A DNA stretch of 62,966 nucleotides, filler included, from Collodictyon triciliatum (taxonomy: Eukaryota), in the NCBI GenBank assembly GCA_043381765.1. It is 12 parts of 12 records of this genome, joined end to end, with 100 filler letters (N's around TTAATTAATTAA, not from the genome) between each part and the next. Parts side by side here need not be neighbours in the genome. Positions count along the whole stretch, not along the records: positions 8,542 to 14,302 come from JBHJMP010004958.1; positions 14,403 to 20,162 come from JBHJMP010004959.1; positions 20,263 to 26,023 come from JBHJMP010004960.1; positions 26,124 to 31,882 come from JBHJMP010004961.1; 8 more parts are not named here. One strand, written 5' to 3'. Below are positions 13,240 to 26,817 of this stretch, piece after piece; the first letter of the stretch is position 1, and each line of letters begins with the position of its first letter. A model generated the notes under the pieces. The model saw only the letters and a list, made by a program, of their open reading frames with translations. It did no database searches and was not told where the DNA came from. The position numbers and the translations under genes are program-made.

Positions 13240-13440
13240 AGCTGGAAGCAAGCCCGCACGTCCCAGCTACTCTCACCGCAAGCGAAGAGAGACGTGTGAA
13301 TGTGTCGTGTGATATCTCCCACAGCATATACAACTCCCGCTATGCACGCAACCAATCAACCACTCGGGACGCCCTCCTGACCAACTCGCTATAATTGATT
13401 TCTTTCCAGTACTAGCCTATCCACTGTTGCGTCTTCTCCT
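13240..13440 (-). mobile_element. Decayed hAT-like transposase C-terminal (dimerisation) fragment, copy A
   Basis: Minus frame reads EINYSELVRRASRVVDWLRA*RELYMLWEISHDTFTRLSSLAVRV, resembling the hATC pattern W......FP.LS.LA.R. Positions 13275-13374 repeat at 14203-14302. Confidence 0.45.
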
Positions 13441-14139
13441 ACTCACGTTTGCTCTCTACCATGCGCTCCCATCCCGCCCCTTTGTATGGCATAACCTCGC
13501 TACACTTTGAATCGAATAAAGAAAAAAAATCTTTTATCTTTTATCTTTTTTCTATTTTCCTTTTTTCCTTTTTTTTTAGTTTTCTCCACTGATATAGAAA
13601 TGTTTTTTTTAACTTATTTCCGAGCAGACCTCTAAATAAGAAACAACGAAAGCGATACCATATCCATTGAGTATGATTATTAAGTGGCTCATCTCTCTAA
13701 CAAAATATAATGTTCTTTTTTGATATGCCTCACAAATTAATTGTAGTATAGCGCTCTTACATCGGTTGTTTTTATCAAGTAAAATCCTTCAATTTTGTCG
13801 CAGACAATCTCATGCTACACATTAATTCTCTTGAGATAGAATTGGTTGAAGACCATGAACCCGATAGAATCTGCGCATCTACTTTCCAGTCTCCTACCTT
13901 TCGTGAATAATATTTTGATATAGTCGCTATGCCCCATCGAAATTTTTGGACAATCTTCATCCTATATGTGCTTCAATCTCGATTATTATGAGGAAGGTGT
14001 GCAACTAATTGTATATATGTAATTTACCCACGGATAAACGGGATTTTCTTTCATGCTTTCTGGTTCGTGTTCACTGAATCTTGTAAATCAGTACAGATCG
14101 AGAGACTTGTGGATAGACTAAGAGAGAGGTTAAACCCTG

Positions 14140-14302
14140 TCTTGCATCTCGTGCAACCACAAGACCAAGGCCACAGAACTAACCACAGGATGCATTTCTC
14201 TGACCGCAAGCGAAGAGAGATGTGGGAATGTGTCGTAAGATATCTCCCACAGCATATCCAACCCCTGCTACCCACGCAACCAATCAACCAGTTGGGACGC
14301 CC
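14140..14302 (-). mobile_element. Decayed hAT-like transposase C-terminal fragment, copy B (cut by contig end)
   Basis: Reads LDMLWEISYDTFPHLSSLAVREMHPVVSSVA; a 100-bp diverged direct repeat of 13275-13374. Confidence 0.45.
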
Positions 14303-14679
14303 NNNNNNNNNNNNNNNNNNNNNNNNNNNNNNNNNNNNNNNNNNNNTTAATTAATTAANNNNNNNNNNNNNNNNNNNNNNNNNNNNNNNNNNNNNNNNNN
14401 NNGATTTTAGGGTCGTAGTAGCGGATGAATGCGCGCTCTGCATCCTGTAGAAAGCAAATGATGAAAGCATAAGCATCCTGGCAAATCATTGAGTGTGTTT
14501 GCGAACAGAAATAGCATGCATATATTAGGAAAAGGTATAAAATCGTCATTTTCCGAATATCACACAATTCAACCAACCAACCTACACATCAAATCAAATC
14601 AACGAAATTAAAATGAAATTATAATTTTAAATCTGATTGGTCAACTTATCAACCCCATAAAATGCCGTAAAATAAATCT

Positions 14680-16047
14680 GGGTGAGACAAGTGTTTACTG
14701 GTTTGCGCAGTCTTGTTTCTTAGATGGGCAATACCAACGAGCATACACTTTTCTCCAACGTGATAACTGGACTCATCGCAGTATTCGGTGTCGGTACCTG
14801 GCCGCTCGCTGCATGGTGAGTCTGAAGCATTTTTTCCATTATGCACTTTTACCAAACAGGTCGTCCGTAGTATAGTGAAGATTAATACAATGACAGCAAT
14901 GATTTTATGAGGGACTGTATTTCTATATATTGTACACTTTATTTCATTTTCTATCACTTCTTTGGTCATAATGAGCATATATAAATTGCCACTTTGTCAA
15001 TGGCATTTTTTTTTTTTTAAGAAAAAATCGTACAGACTGCTCCATGAACAATTCAGTTATTATTCGTCCCTCCCTAAATTATATGTAAATTCGACATAGT
15101 TCATGACAAAGAAGTATGACACAGTTCTCAGCTTGTTGGAAGATATATCAACAGCTGCCCTGTTTGAATCCACAGACCCCACATACCCAAGATCTATCAA
15201 AGTATCACTAAAACTTGCGTGGTTATTATCTTCCCCAGATTTCTTTGAAATACAATTTGTGGATTCTAGTTGTTTAGTGTATTATTTTATATACGAAAAG
15301 CATTACTATTTAAATACTCTTCACATATCGTAAAAGATTGCTGCTGCTTGCCATGTTCTACACGGACAAGTTTTAGAGTGCCTTCAAAATCAAAAAATGG
15401 CGACATCAAAATACATGGATGCATTAAAGGAAGACCCTTTCTGCTCTGAGGTAAGAAATTATAGAGAACTACTGATAGCTGTAAGATAAAATATTTTGCG
15501 TTTTTACTTAAAAATGAATTAGAGGCGATAGAAAAGCTCGTGGAATACCAGCGAATAAATGTATTGGATGGTAATGCATTTTTAAGCGGTTTTCTCCCAA
15601 TTATTTGGTGCTCATTTCTATTCTAATCTAAATATGCGGTTAGGAATGAAACTGGTTAGCTCATTAAAAGTGGAACCAGATTTCAGTTGGCTATTTTCAT
15701 TGTACAATATTATGATTCAACAAGTAAACACCAATCTTGATTACGTTGTCACAAAAAAATACTGAAAATTATGAATAACCTTGTTCTCACCAAATTGTCA
15801 GATAAGTTTTATGAATAATATTTCTGATATTTTCTACTACATGTTAGAACGAAAAGTATGAAACAGTCTCGAAAAGACTATCCATTTTTGACACATCATA
15901 TAACTTGTCAAACGACCCTGACCGCCAAGTTGTAGAGGCAGAGTTGCTTTTCAACGAAGGCCGACTAATGGAGTCTATTGAGATATGCAAAAAGTTTGTG
16001 ATGAACTAATGACACATGTTTTTTCCCTTCCTGGATATATTCAATTG

Positions 16048-16078
<31 letters not shown>

Positions 16079-17705
16079 TTAACCAGTGCCAATCTCATGA
16101 ACAGGATTCTGGATGAAGACATTTACCACCAACAGACCATACTCCTGTACCTTAGTCTGTTATACGAAACTCGAAACGACCACGAACTATATAGAGTATG
16201 CCACCCTTTGATGGAAGATTATCCCGACCACCCGATCGCATCATATGCGGTTGGTTGCTACTACATGTCCATCAATAACTTGGATATTGCAAGAAAATTC
16301 TTCAGGTTTTTCTAAAACGGGAGCTAACCATATTATTATTCTGCGTTCACTTTCTGCATTCTGTAAACAATCGAAGATAGCCCTGCCGCATTTATTTTCT
16401 TGCTTAAATCCATATTTTAATGATATTAATTTCAATATCCTGCATATCAATTCAAGCAAGAGCGTCAAGCTAAAAGGCCATTTCTCTCCTGGATGGATTG
16501 CGCACGGTCACTCATTTGCACTTTGCAAACAGGATGAAAATGACCAGGCCACTGCTGCATACCGAACGTGTTTACAACTCATGAGAGGGTATGCAGTTTC
16601 ATCGACACATAAGCTGTCTATTTCTCCACACACACTATTTTATTACATCTTTTCTAGCCATTCATCTTCTGCCCGCAAAATAATGCTGTTATCCACTATA
16701 AAATAATCATGTTCATTGCTCTCCAGCTCCCACATCCCGCACATATACATCGCCATTCAGTATCGAAAAATGCATGATACCGAGTTTGCCATGAGCCATT
16801 TCGAAGCAGCTTCAAGCATTTGCAGACATGACCCACTTTTGATCCACGAAATAGGAGTCTTTCACTATGAAAGGAGGGAGTGGGTCTATTTCAAAAGCAA
16901 GCATATCCACATTTCTCACAATCATCCTCCTCTTCTATTTATTTATGCACGAATCATTCACGAAGCTTGAAAAGACCGAGATTAATCAAATCACTCGAGT
17001 CCGAGATGATAACCTTATCCTCATCTCTGTCTTGTAAGATACAAAGAGGCGGCCGAGGCTTTAAAAAAGGTTCTTTCTGTTCGAAAGGGCGATTCCAGCG
17101 ACAATATCGAGCCAACGCTATTCAATCTGGGACATTGCTACCGCAAACTAGGGTTCATATCACACTATCGATTTGTGCGGCTGCCGCACGATGGAACATA
17201 ATCCAACCAAACCCAATGATGAATCCGCCCAAACATCCCTATCTCTTATCTAATTAACGAGGCCGAAATATTTTCCTCGATGAAACACTATTCAATTGAC
17301 CATTAGGAAGTTCGATGAGGCTTTGGATTACTACCAGCGAGCAGCACAATTCAATAACAGGAACGGGTCCACAAACACTGCGATTGGGCTTACATATCAG
17401 CTGAAGGGGAATCTGATGGAAGCATGTGAGCATTACCACAAGGTATAGCGCTGGTTGCAACGCGCGCAGATCTGTCGACTATCTGTATGTAAGGTTCCGC
17501 GTGGCAGACTCACAGACTCATGGGCTCATCGATTCATCTGCATCTTGAACAGGCACTGGAGCTCAGTCCTGGAGACGATATGGCCACGGGTCTGCTGGAA
17601 CAGGCCGTGAAAGACAGCTGCCAAGCACCGGTGGATTTGCTGCCCATAGACTCGGATGAGAACCAGAGTCTTTCGGACGAAGCCAATCTCATGACCCCAG
17701 ACTAA
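14680..17705 (+). CDS. CDC16: Anaphase-promoting complex subunit 6 (CDC16/Cut9), multi-exon TPR protein; first exon not identified
   Basis: Exons give VYWFAQSCFLDGQYQRA...CRYLAARCM, YMDALKEDPFCSE, PIASYAVGCYY...ARKFF, FSPGWIAHGHSFA...DQATAAYRT, DPLLIHEIGVFHY and EPTLFNLGHCYRKL, all matching recalled CDC16 motifs. Confidence 0.92.
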
Positions 17706-18434
17706 ATCAATATGGATGCGCATTGGGAAGAGAGGGAACAAAGATATGGAAATGCAGGAATTAAACCACACGCGACTGACTGCTTGCGCCATGACAATAT
17801 GATTACCCCAGATTTTTTTTTAGATAAAAAAAAGAAGCTCGATTCACGAGCTTTATGAAAATTTCAATATCTGGATAAATGAGATGAAACATGGTTTGCT
17901 GCTAAATAATCCTAATATTATGAGTATGGTCATGAATTCGTTTTTCTGACATTATTATTATAATTTTTGGCTCATATTTCATCTTCCATTACTCCTTTGG
18001 CAGAGCACTGTCATGGTATAATTGTATGTATTCTTTTGAGTTTGTGAATATTTTGATGATGAGTGAGGGGCCAAATCATGATGTGATAAAGCATATTGCG
18101 AAGCAAACAAAAAAAGACGATGGAGTTGGGAGACAGGGAACCGCATTCGATCGTTACGAGAGTAGAAGCCTTGAGCAGATTGTATAGGCGATGCTCGTGC
18201 AAACTATATTGAAGAGAGTGAGATTAAAAAAAAAAAAACAGTTAAGGAAAGATATCCACAGGTAGAAGCTCCGCATTTTCAGGAGCATTATAAGGATTAT
18301 TATATATTATCTTTTAGGTAACGCTGTGCAAATTACAAAACAGTAATCCAAAAATTAAAATACATAAAAATTATTCAACAATGGCATGCAGATAAATGTA
18401 GTGTATATGTGTTTTGTATTCGGTTGCAAACACC

Positions 18435-20029
18435 TTAGCACTTAGGGCAGTACGGCATATCGTCTTTCTGTTTGTACCCAGACCCAAGTGGTATCGGCGT
18501 CTTGCAATTTGTGCATGTAAAATGTTCTGGGTGCCAGTGCTTGCCCAGAGCCATAATGTAACGACCGGTTATGGGCTAGGTTTCGATGAAATGTGCCTTT
18601 TAATTAATATCAAACAATATAGAAATATCAATCTATTAAGAGCGAATTTTTTTTTTTTTTTTACCTCGCTGCATGAAAAGCAACGAATGGCGGTGTCCAA
18701 AAAGCATGCCTGACAAATATACTTTCCCTCTTTCATGAAATATGGGTTTGTGCCGAATTGCTTTGAGCATGTTTCACATGTAAAGCATTCAGAGTGATAT
18801 GCAACATCCCCAGTCTGTTGCGTTTTAATACAATTAGTGTTCAACTAGCGATTCGCTTTATAAAAATTACAATTCATGAAAGCAAAGCTTCGAGATCCAT
18901 TGAGGAATAAAGTTGCAACAGAAAAAAAAAATCAACATGAAGGTACGAGACTGAACATATTTATACATTCGATTGGAATCAAAGGCATCAGTCACATAAG
19001 CACCTGGACGTATTCCCCAAGAATGGGCTTCTTGCAGCGACCGCACTTTGGACTGAAAATAGAGGAGAAGTGTTCAGCGCAGTATGGGCGACCATACTTC
19101 TCGTAGAAAGGCACGCCGCAAAGGTCAGTGCTACATGCTGTGCACTTGAAATGTTCCATATGCCACTTTCTATCGCAAGCCATAGCAAATGCATCTGAAT
19201 CCTCGTTCACCTACTCAAGTGACATATTGTGCAATGAGGCTTCAAATCAATAACTCTACACCAAAAGAAACAATACTACAAACATGAACATAAAACCACA
19301 ACTTGAGCTACACATGAGTTTTACCATGGTATCTACAGAGAACATTAAACAATAAACACAAACAATATGATGACATATTGTGAATTCAGACAGAAACCAA
19401 CCTGACTAGAGCACCCAGCACAGATATTCGGGTCGCTGGGCAACGGCGGCAGCTGCTCATAGTAGGTCGGATCAAGAGAAACCTCGGCCTCCACAACAGT
19501 GCTTGCCTGCAGTTGCTGCTCTTCTTGCTCATACCGAACAGACTCTGTCAGTGCATCTGACTCGTTGGCCCGAGCATCATCGCCGATAGTCATTTGGCCT
19601 TCCAATTTGGATAGCATATACTCGAGCTCATCGCATGCAGGCATAGCTGCAGATGTCGACGGGACCGGACTCTGCGACTTGGCCGAAGGTGGGATGAAGG
19701 GAGCCGCCGATTCCGACTGGGCCGGTAGTTTAGCAGGCCTACTTGTGAGCCCGGTAATCAACGCATCAAGCTCTGATAGATTGTCAAGTGAAGCAGCCGA
19801 GGCAGCCGAAGAAGAAGCCGGTGGAGATGCGCTTAAAGTCCCTGGGCGAGACGAGGATGGCGGCTGTATTTGCTGTGCTGTGGGTTTGGCGGCTCCGGAG
19901 GCGCGTTTCGGTGCAACTTTGGTCTCCAGATCGGTCAGTAGAGACGAGAGTTCGTCGTCGATTGCGCCCCAGTTTACAGCGCGTGATTGGCGGGCCTGCT
20001 TCGATGTTGCGTTGGCGCTTCGTTCGGAG
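18435..20029 (-). CDS. Paxillin-like protein (LD motifs plus C-terminal LIM domains), 5' truncated
   Basis: LD-like motifs IDDELSSLLTDLE, LSELDALITGL and CDELEYMLSKLE. LIM domains include WHMEHFKCTAC...YCAEH, YHSECFTCETC...ICQAC and WHPEHFTCTNC...YCPKC*. Confidence 0.88.
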
Positions 20030-20853
20030 CTGCAGTGTGCGGTTCAGCAATTTGTTGTGGGTTGAGAAAAAGAAAAAGAAAAAGAAAAAGAAAAAGAAAA
20101 AGAAAAAGAAAAAGAAAAAGAAAAAGAAAAAGAAAAAGAAAAAGAAAAAGAAAAAGAAAAAGNNNNNNNNNNNNNNNNNNNNNNNNNNNNNNNNNNNNNN
20201 NNNNNNTTAATTAATTAANNNNNNNNNNNNNNNNNNNNNNNNNNNNNNNNNNNNNNNNNNNNAAAAACAAAAACAAAAACAAAAACAAAAACAAAAACAA
20301 AAACAAAAACAAAAACAAAAACAAAAACAAAAACAAAAACAAAAACAAAAACAAAAACAAAAACAAAACTACATTTAATATGCACAAAGTTCATAAAAAA
20401 GTGTTAAAACCTTTCCCCACGATGAAAACTCTCTAGAAACGACACACCCCACCGAAAGGAGCCCCACAAAACCATCCCTTTGGCCGCAGTCAGTACGACA
20501 TTCCGCACAAAATCCGCCGGGGAGATTTTCGAGACGGCAGCCATTGCTTCTTTCTCTGGACCTACTCGCCCCTTTCTTTTTTCTTTTTTTCGTTTGATCT
20601 GTTTGTGCCCGTTCATAAAAGAGAAAAGAGAAAAGAGAAAAAGGAGGATGGCTTTAATTTACATTTTCATATTGTGCTTCTTGCTTTTTGTTTATTATGA
20701 TTTTTTTTTATAGGTCGTTTGTCTCTGGCAGACTCAGTTGATCGTCAGATTCGTGGGGGCGTCGATTTTTCAGTCCTCTTTTTTTTTTTTCTTCTTTTCG
20801 GATGCGAGTCAGGACTCATCAGTCTCGGCTGCCCGTGCGTGCAAAAGGGCCTC

Positions 20854-21388
20854 TTAGTTGTAGATGCGGATCGACTTTTCCACAACACTTGATATGTAGG
20901 AAACGTGGATAAGCACACATCAGCACAATCCCCATGAATATTCACTAAAAGTCCGCTTAAGAAAAAACAAAACAAAAAAAAAGCAGAAAAAAGAAAAAAA
21001 GGAGCCGAGGAGGCAGCTTCTGACTTACCGTGACTTTGTGGCGGTCTTTGGAGCCGGATGATCGAAGCCAAAGTATTCGCGTACCTCGTCAAACTTCAGG
21101 TCGAATAGTTCAGTATCTGCGATGGATATATAAGGGTGGTTGTTGGACTCCTTTTGTAAAAAAGGCTTAAACATTGAATAAGATAATAAAAAGAATCAAA
21201 AATAAAGTATCTCTTTCTTATCTCTTTATTTTATTTCCTTGATTTCACATTGATTTGAATATCGTACCGTCCTCAAGATACTCGACTTTGCTGTAAGTCA
21301 TGACTCCGGCCTTCCACTTTGCGATTTGGTCCTCTGCGACGCCCGTGCGAGTGTGGATGTGTGCCTTCAGATCGGCGACGGTTTGTCC
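20854..21388 (-). CDS. USP7: Ubiquitin carboxyl-terminal hydrolase 7 (USP7/UBP12-13 family), last three exons
   Basis: GQTVADLKAHIHTRTGVAEDQIAKWK...EYLED|DTELF...EYFGFDHPAPKTATKSR|VVEKSIRIYN* matches the USP7 UBL5 domain and activating C-terminal tail (EKxIKIxN). Confidence 0.88.
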
Positions 21389-21888
21389 CTGTTTGAAGCG
21401 TGTGTGTTGTGGATTCAGTAGATGTGTGCTTGTAGACTGAGAGCAAAGAGCAAAGAACAAAGAGCAAAGAGCAAAGAACAAAGAACAAAGAGCNNNNNNN
21501 NNNNNNNNNNNNNNNNNNNNNNNNNNNNNNNNNNNNNNNNNNNNNNNNNNNNNNNNNNNNNNNNNNNNNNNNNNNNNNNNNNNNNNNNNNNNNNNNNNNN
21601 NNNNNNNNNNNNNNNNNNNNNNNNNNNNNNNNNNNNNNNNNNNNNNNNNNNNNNNNNNNNNNNNNNNNNNNNNNNNNNNNNNNNNNNNNNNNNNNNNNNN
21701 NNNNNNNNNNNNNNNNNNNNNNNNNNNNNNNNNNNNNNNNNNNNNNNNNNNNNNNNNNNNNNNNNNNNNNNNNNNNNNNNNNNNNNNNNNNNNNNNNNNN
21801 NNNNNNNNNNNNNNNNNNNNNNNNNNNNNNNNNNNNNNNNNNNNNNNNNNNNNNNNNNNNNNNNNNNNNNNNNNNNNNNNNNNNNNNC

Positions 21889-24800
21889 CATAAAACTTGA
21901 ATGATATACTAAACTTACTGTACGACGACGGAGCATCTCTGGTGCGCAATATGGAAGGGAAAGGTATGTGGAAACTAGAAATACACCATCGGTCATATGC
22001 GCTGACAGCCCAAAATCACTTAGTTTCACGTTTAGGTTTGCATCCAGTAAGAAGTTTTCTGCCTGTTACAATAATTACAGAATAACATGTTTTATATTTA
22101 CCCAATGAACAATCATTTTCGTCATAAAGCGATACAATAAATACAAAAACAAACAAATAAACAAACAAACAAACAAACAAAAACCTTTAAATCGCGATGG
22201 ACGAAGCCCATCTTATGACAGTATTCCACAGAGTCCAGCATTTGAGCAAAAAGGCGGCGCAGTTCCCATTCATCAGGCAATCCGTTGGCTACACAGTAAG
22301 TATACAAGTCCCCATGAAGACAGTAGTCCATAACGATGTTAATGTCATCAGCAGTCTGCAGCACCTGTTATTTCATGATTTAATATCTACTCGGTCAAAT
22401 GACATCGAAAGTATGCCAGTCACAGACTTCGTACATCCGGATGATATTGGGGTGGTCCAAAAAGTGAAGAATCTTCATTTCTTGCTGTATTTCCTCCCAA
22501 GAGGCCACGTATCTACCCTCTGCCGTGCGATTTGTCTTTGCAAATGTTTTTAGGGCAACCTTTTTTTTTTTTTTTTGCGTGTGTGTATATGCAAGATTAG
22601 CAGACTATCAAATATATATGCCTCAAATTACAACATGGCTCAGACAAGCATATATATATTTGAAATACATGTCCATTTCGTGAATTAATTTATAAGTTTC
22701 ACCTGCATGCCAGATGGTTCATGAATAGCTAGGCGAACTAATGCACATCCTCCGGTTCCTATTGTCTTATGGATGACATAGTTCCCGATTTGAATGGCTT
22801 TAATCATCTGATTAATTACATTCTCCAGGTGAGTGCTTATCATTAATACTTCTGGTTAAATGAAAAGAAACCAAATAGGAAATTCTAGGATGTTGATGCA
22901 TAGCGTACAGGTTCTGTAGGTTCCTTTTTCTCAGGGGTTACTGGAGTGGGAGCATCTGAGGGGGATGGAGAAAGTCTTGTCAAAGAGCTGTTTGCTGAAG
23001 TCGCATAATCGGGTATTTGAACGCCAGCAAAGCTATCTTCGGCGGTAGGGTCATCGAGATAAGAGTGGTCTTTTTGTTTAGGCATCCTACGCGGTGAGGA
23101 AGACTGAACTGGATTTACTTTATCTGGTGACTCCAAGTACATATCCTTGAGAGATTGAGTGTCTAACGATATCGAATGGGGCCTAATGGACTCTGTTCGA
23201 CGTAAACCTCCGACTTTATACTCCGGTAAAGGTGCTTCATTTTGGGGTGCATCTGAACCAGTGAATTTGGGCTTAGCTATTGTTGAAGAGAGTGATGAAA
23301 TCCTATCTTCCTTTGCAGTGCGGGCAGGTTGAGGCAAATTGTCCGCAGAGTTCGGCACAATTCGACCTTCATGAATATTATTTTCACATAATTGATGGCT
23401 GGTTGGAGTTTGAGGGCGAATCGTTCTTTGTGATGGTGTGTTGTCCTCATTCTGCTGACTTAATTCATAGGTTTGCTCAGAAGTTTTGACAGGAGGGCTT
23501 GATTTTCGCGGTGGATTTAAGGGGGTTTGAATTGAAGAAGTGATAGGATGAGGAGATATAACGATAGTTGGTGGTGGAAGCTGAGTTTGAGAATAAACTT
23601 CAGGGGTCGGAGGAGTTGTGGGTATAGATATATTTTGGGGTGGATTTGGTCGAACTGGAGAAACAGTCTTCTCGTTCTGATTACTATCTGAAAGATATTA
23701 ATTTAAGAGTAAGGAACTACTCCAACTAGCAAGAAATAAAATTTAATATGTCCATATAACAAAAACGTTTTTCAGTAATGATTAAATAAACGATACCTTT
23801 TGGGTTACCGGCCATAGAAACAGGAGAATTAACAATAGAGCTCACATGCTGTGTAGGAAGGAAATGAAATCCATTTACAATGGTTAGGTGTTCCGGGATT
23901 TGATTCAGAACGGCTGGCGGTCTTTGTTCATTATCGCCAACTTTTACTCTGATATAACTATTTCTCTTCGATAGTTTAGTGGTTTCTTGAGAATCTTGGC
24001 TTGGGTGAGCTGGGTACATCGATCGAGGCTGTGGAGATGTATACTGTTGGGCTGCATTTGCAAGTAAATGAGAGGTGTGAAAATTAACGTTGAGAGTCGT
24101 TGAATACACGCTCAATAGCATTAAATACCAACTTCAAATAGAAAAGGACGTACTGTGGTAAAAAATTAAAGGCTGATGCTGCTTTTGTGGGGTGCTGATT
24201 AAAGGTGTCAAAATTTGTGATGAAGGAAGGTGCCGACTGAGAGTGTACGGTGCGACATAAAGAGGTGCCTTTGGTGTCAAAAGCGTATTCCCCGAGAAAG
24301 TGTTAACGTTGGGGGCTTGGGATTGAGCATGCGTTGGAGACGGACTCCGATGGGCAGCATGGTAACCAGATGAAGATGGAGAATATGGATGTCGATTCTG
24401 TTTATTGGATTTTTTTCTAAGTTGATTATGATACTAATTTAGGGATTCAAATGAAATACAATAATTCAGCTATGTCTAAATAGAAAAAAAGAGAGGGGGC
24501 ATCGTAACCTGTGATACAGATACATGAGTCTCATGTTGACTTCGAGATGTTTGAGATGATGAAATGACAGGAGGAATGTGTGGGTGTTGAAAGGCTCTAG
24601 TGAGTCCATATTCCCTCGATGATTGTATCTGAATTTGCAAAAGAAACGTTCTTACTAATACCTTTTTTTTTATATTTATTTTGCAAAAGCTACAATTGTA
24701 TTATTTGAAGCCACACAAACACAAACTTTTCGCGAAATACTTCATTTATGAAGAGGATATACCAGAAAACATACATGTTGAGGCTGGGCATGTGCATGTC

Positions 24801-25750
24801 CCACGTTTGGGGCATATGTCAGCGTTGCATAGGTCTTTGGCGGAGTGACAAACTTAGCGGTAGTGTGGCTCCCATAAGATACAGCGCTGGGCGGAGACTA
24901 GAGATTATTTGAGGGTTTGTAAAGGGGTGATATATGCCTTACACAATCCACAACCATATATGAAAACACTGAAGCTCTTCTGTGACGATGGCAAGTATAC
25001 ATTCTTGAAGTGTTAGAGCTCAAGTACATGAGAGGAACATACCGGCCGTGATATGACAGGTGATCGCTGACCTCGAGGCACAGAAGCATACAGAACTTGT
25101 CCGCTATGGCCTCCCGTCGACCCAGGAGCAGCCGGAGTCGAGCTCTTCCATTTATTTATTTATTATTAAAATAAAACATTTAGCGCTGCCTGTAAAACCA
25201 TAGAGAAAGAAATGTGCAAATACAACGAACATGACAAGGGTATTGCAGGAAACTTCCATCAAGCAGAAAAAGCCTCTTTAGTGGGATCGTGGGATGTCGG
25301 GGAAAAAAAAGGAATAATGATGTATGGATTACAAAGTATTGGCCTTGGTGATAATACATCGGCCAGGCTGTGGCTTTTCAATCCCTGGTGGCTGCCTAAA
25401 ATGCCAAAATGTTTGGGGGTTTTCTACGTTTAGTGCCTATGGGGCGGCTCAATGAAGAGTTTTATGACTCGGTCTTAGGCTGACTCTGTGGGTCTCTTGT
25501 CAAGTCTCATGGATGGCTCTTTCATGGTTTTTTTGTGACTGAGAAACAGTCGTGGTGGGATGGTGTGAACAAGCAAAGTCGCATGATTCCTTTGTTCTGA
25601 ATGACCTCCGCGCTTATGCGGTGATCGCCAACGAAAAGGGAAAATTGTGAGGGTGTGGGCGCATAAGGCATGGCAAACCCTACCCTGTCCTTTGCCACAG
25701 AGGGATTTTTGTGTTTGTTGGCGTGCCTTGGATTGGGTGTCAGAATCAAA
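21889..25750 (-). CDS. Ser/Thr protein kinase, SNF1/CAMK-like, with a long Pro/Ser-rich N-terminal region; C-terminus runs into the N gap
   Basis: Kinase exons at ~21.9-22.8 kb: YVIHKTIGTGGCALVRLA, VALK, EMKILHFLDHPNIIRMYE, VHRDLK, VKLSDFGLS, YCAPEML. Upstream low-complexity exons extend to ~25 kb; the 5' boundary is uncertain. Confidence 0.85.
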
Positions 25751-26123
25751 CATATGACTTTGTCCTAAACAGTGAAGTGAGGAAAAGAAAAGAAAAGAAA
25801 AGAAAAGAAAAGAAAAGAAAAGAAAAGAAAAGAAAAGAAAAGAAAAGAAAAGAAAAGAAAAGAAAAGAAAAGAAAAGAGAAGAGAAGAGAAAGGATTGGA
25901 TATCATTACAAAGTCCTCTAGAAGGGCGCCTTCTTACCATGAGCGCATGTAATTCCCCTTTTTATTGCACTGGCAAGATTTAGTGATGGTGGTAGTCGCG
26001 TATAAAGCGTGAGCTGTTTACGCNNNNNNNNNNNNNNNNNNNNNNNNNNNNNNNNNNNNNNNNNNNNTTAATTAATTAANNNNNNNNNNNNNNNNNNNNN
26101 NNNNNNNNNNNNNNNNNNNNNNN

Positions 26124-26240
26124 CATACATACATACATACATACATACATACATACATACATACATACATACATACATACATACATACATACATACATAC
26201 ATACATACATACATACATACATACATACATACATACATAC
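26124..26240 (+). repeat. (CATA)n microsatellite at contig start
   Basis: Directly visible; the same motif on the same strand ends this contig at ~31767-31882. Confidence 0.95.
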
Positions 26241-26382
26241 ACAAACTCACGAGAACGCCCATATATCCCACTCGTATCACTCGAGGCGTCATGGCGCGTG
26301 ATACGCATCAGATATTATCTGTCCGCCTGTCATACTTACACACCTTTCTCCTTCCTGGCTCTCTTATCTACTCAACACACAG

Positions 26383-26463
26383 GGGGACGCGTTCTGCAAA
26401 GCATGCCATATGAAGCAGTTTGGGCCAAAGGGAGTTGGGTTTGGCGGATTGCAAACTGAATAG
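26383..26463 (+). CDS. Terminal exon of a small CRIP/CSRP-type LIM protein
   Basis: After the AG at 26381-26382 the sequence reads GDAFCKACHMKQFGPKGVGFGGLQTE*, the CRP-type C-x2-C...FGPKG.G.G tail. Confidence 0.85.
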   Translation, partial: GDAFCKACHMKQFGPKGVGFGGLQTE

Positions 26464-26817
26464 CACTCCGCTATCCCATCACTCATACACCAGGTGTGAT
26501 TCATCAATAAACAAGTGGAAAAAAAACCATTGAAGAAGGTACAGCGGAAATGGTCTCACCATGAGGCTGGGGTGTGCGAACCTCCCCTCCTGCTCCACTA
26601 CCACCACCGCCTTATCCGCTTTCGGTCTTACCTATTTTCAAGATTGGAAATAGCGAATGCGCTTATTTCATCGAAATGAGGCTATGACAACAAGCCCCAA
26701 CATATTTTTTTTTGTTACATCAGTTGTTTGTGTCACACCCAATACAAAATATTGTGTTTTTATACTCATTTCATTCCATTTCTATCTGCATATCCGTCTC
26801 CAGCTTCATTTTGGATA

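Noticed and set aside
13335-13350. Shared in-frame TAG in both hAT-like fragments as evidence of stop-codon reassignment
   Set aside because: Host genes end at expected positions with TAA, TAG or TGA (USP7, LIM, WD40-RING, RasGEF), and long conserved exons contain no internal TAR codons.
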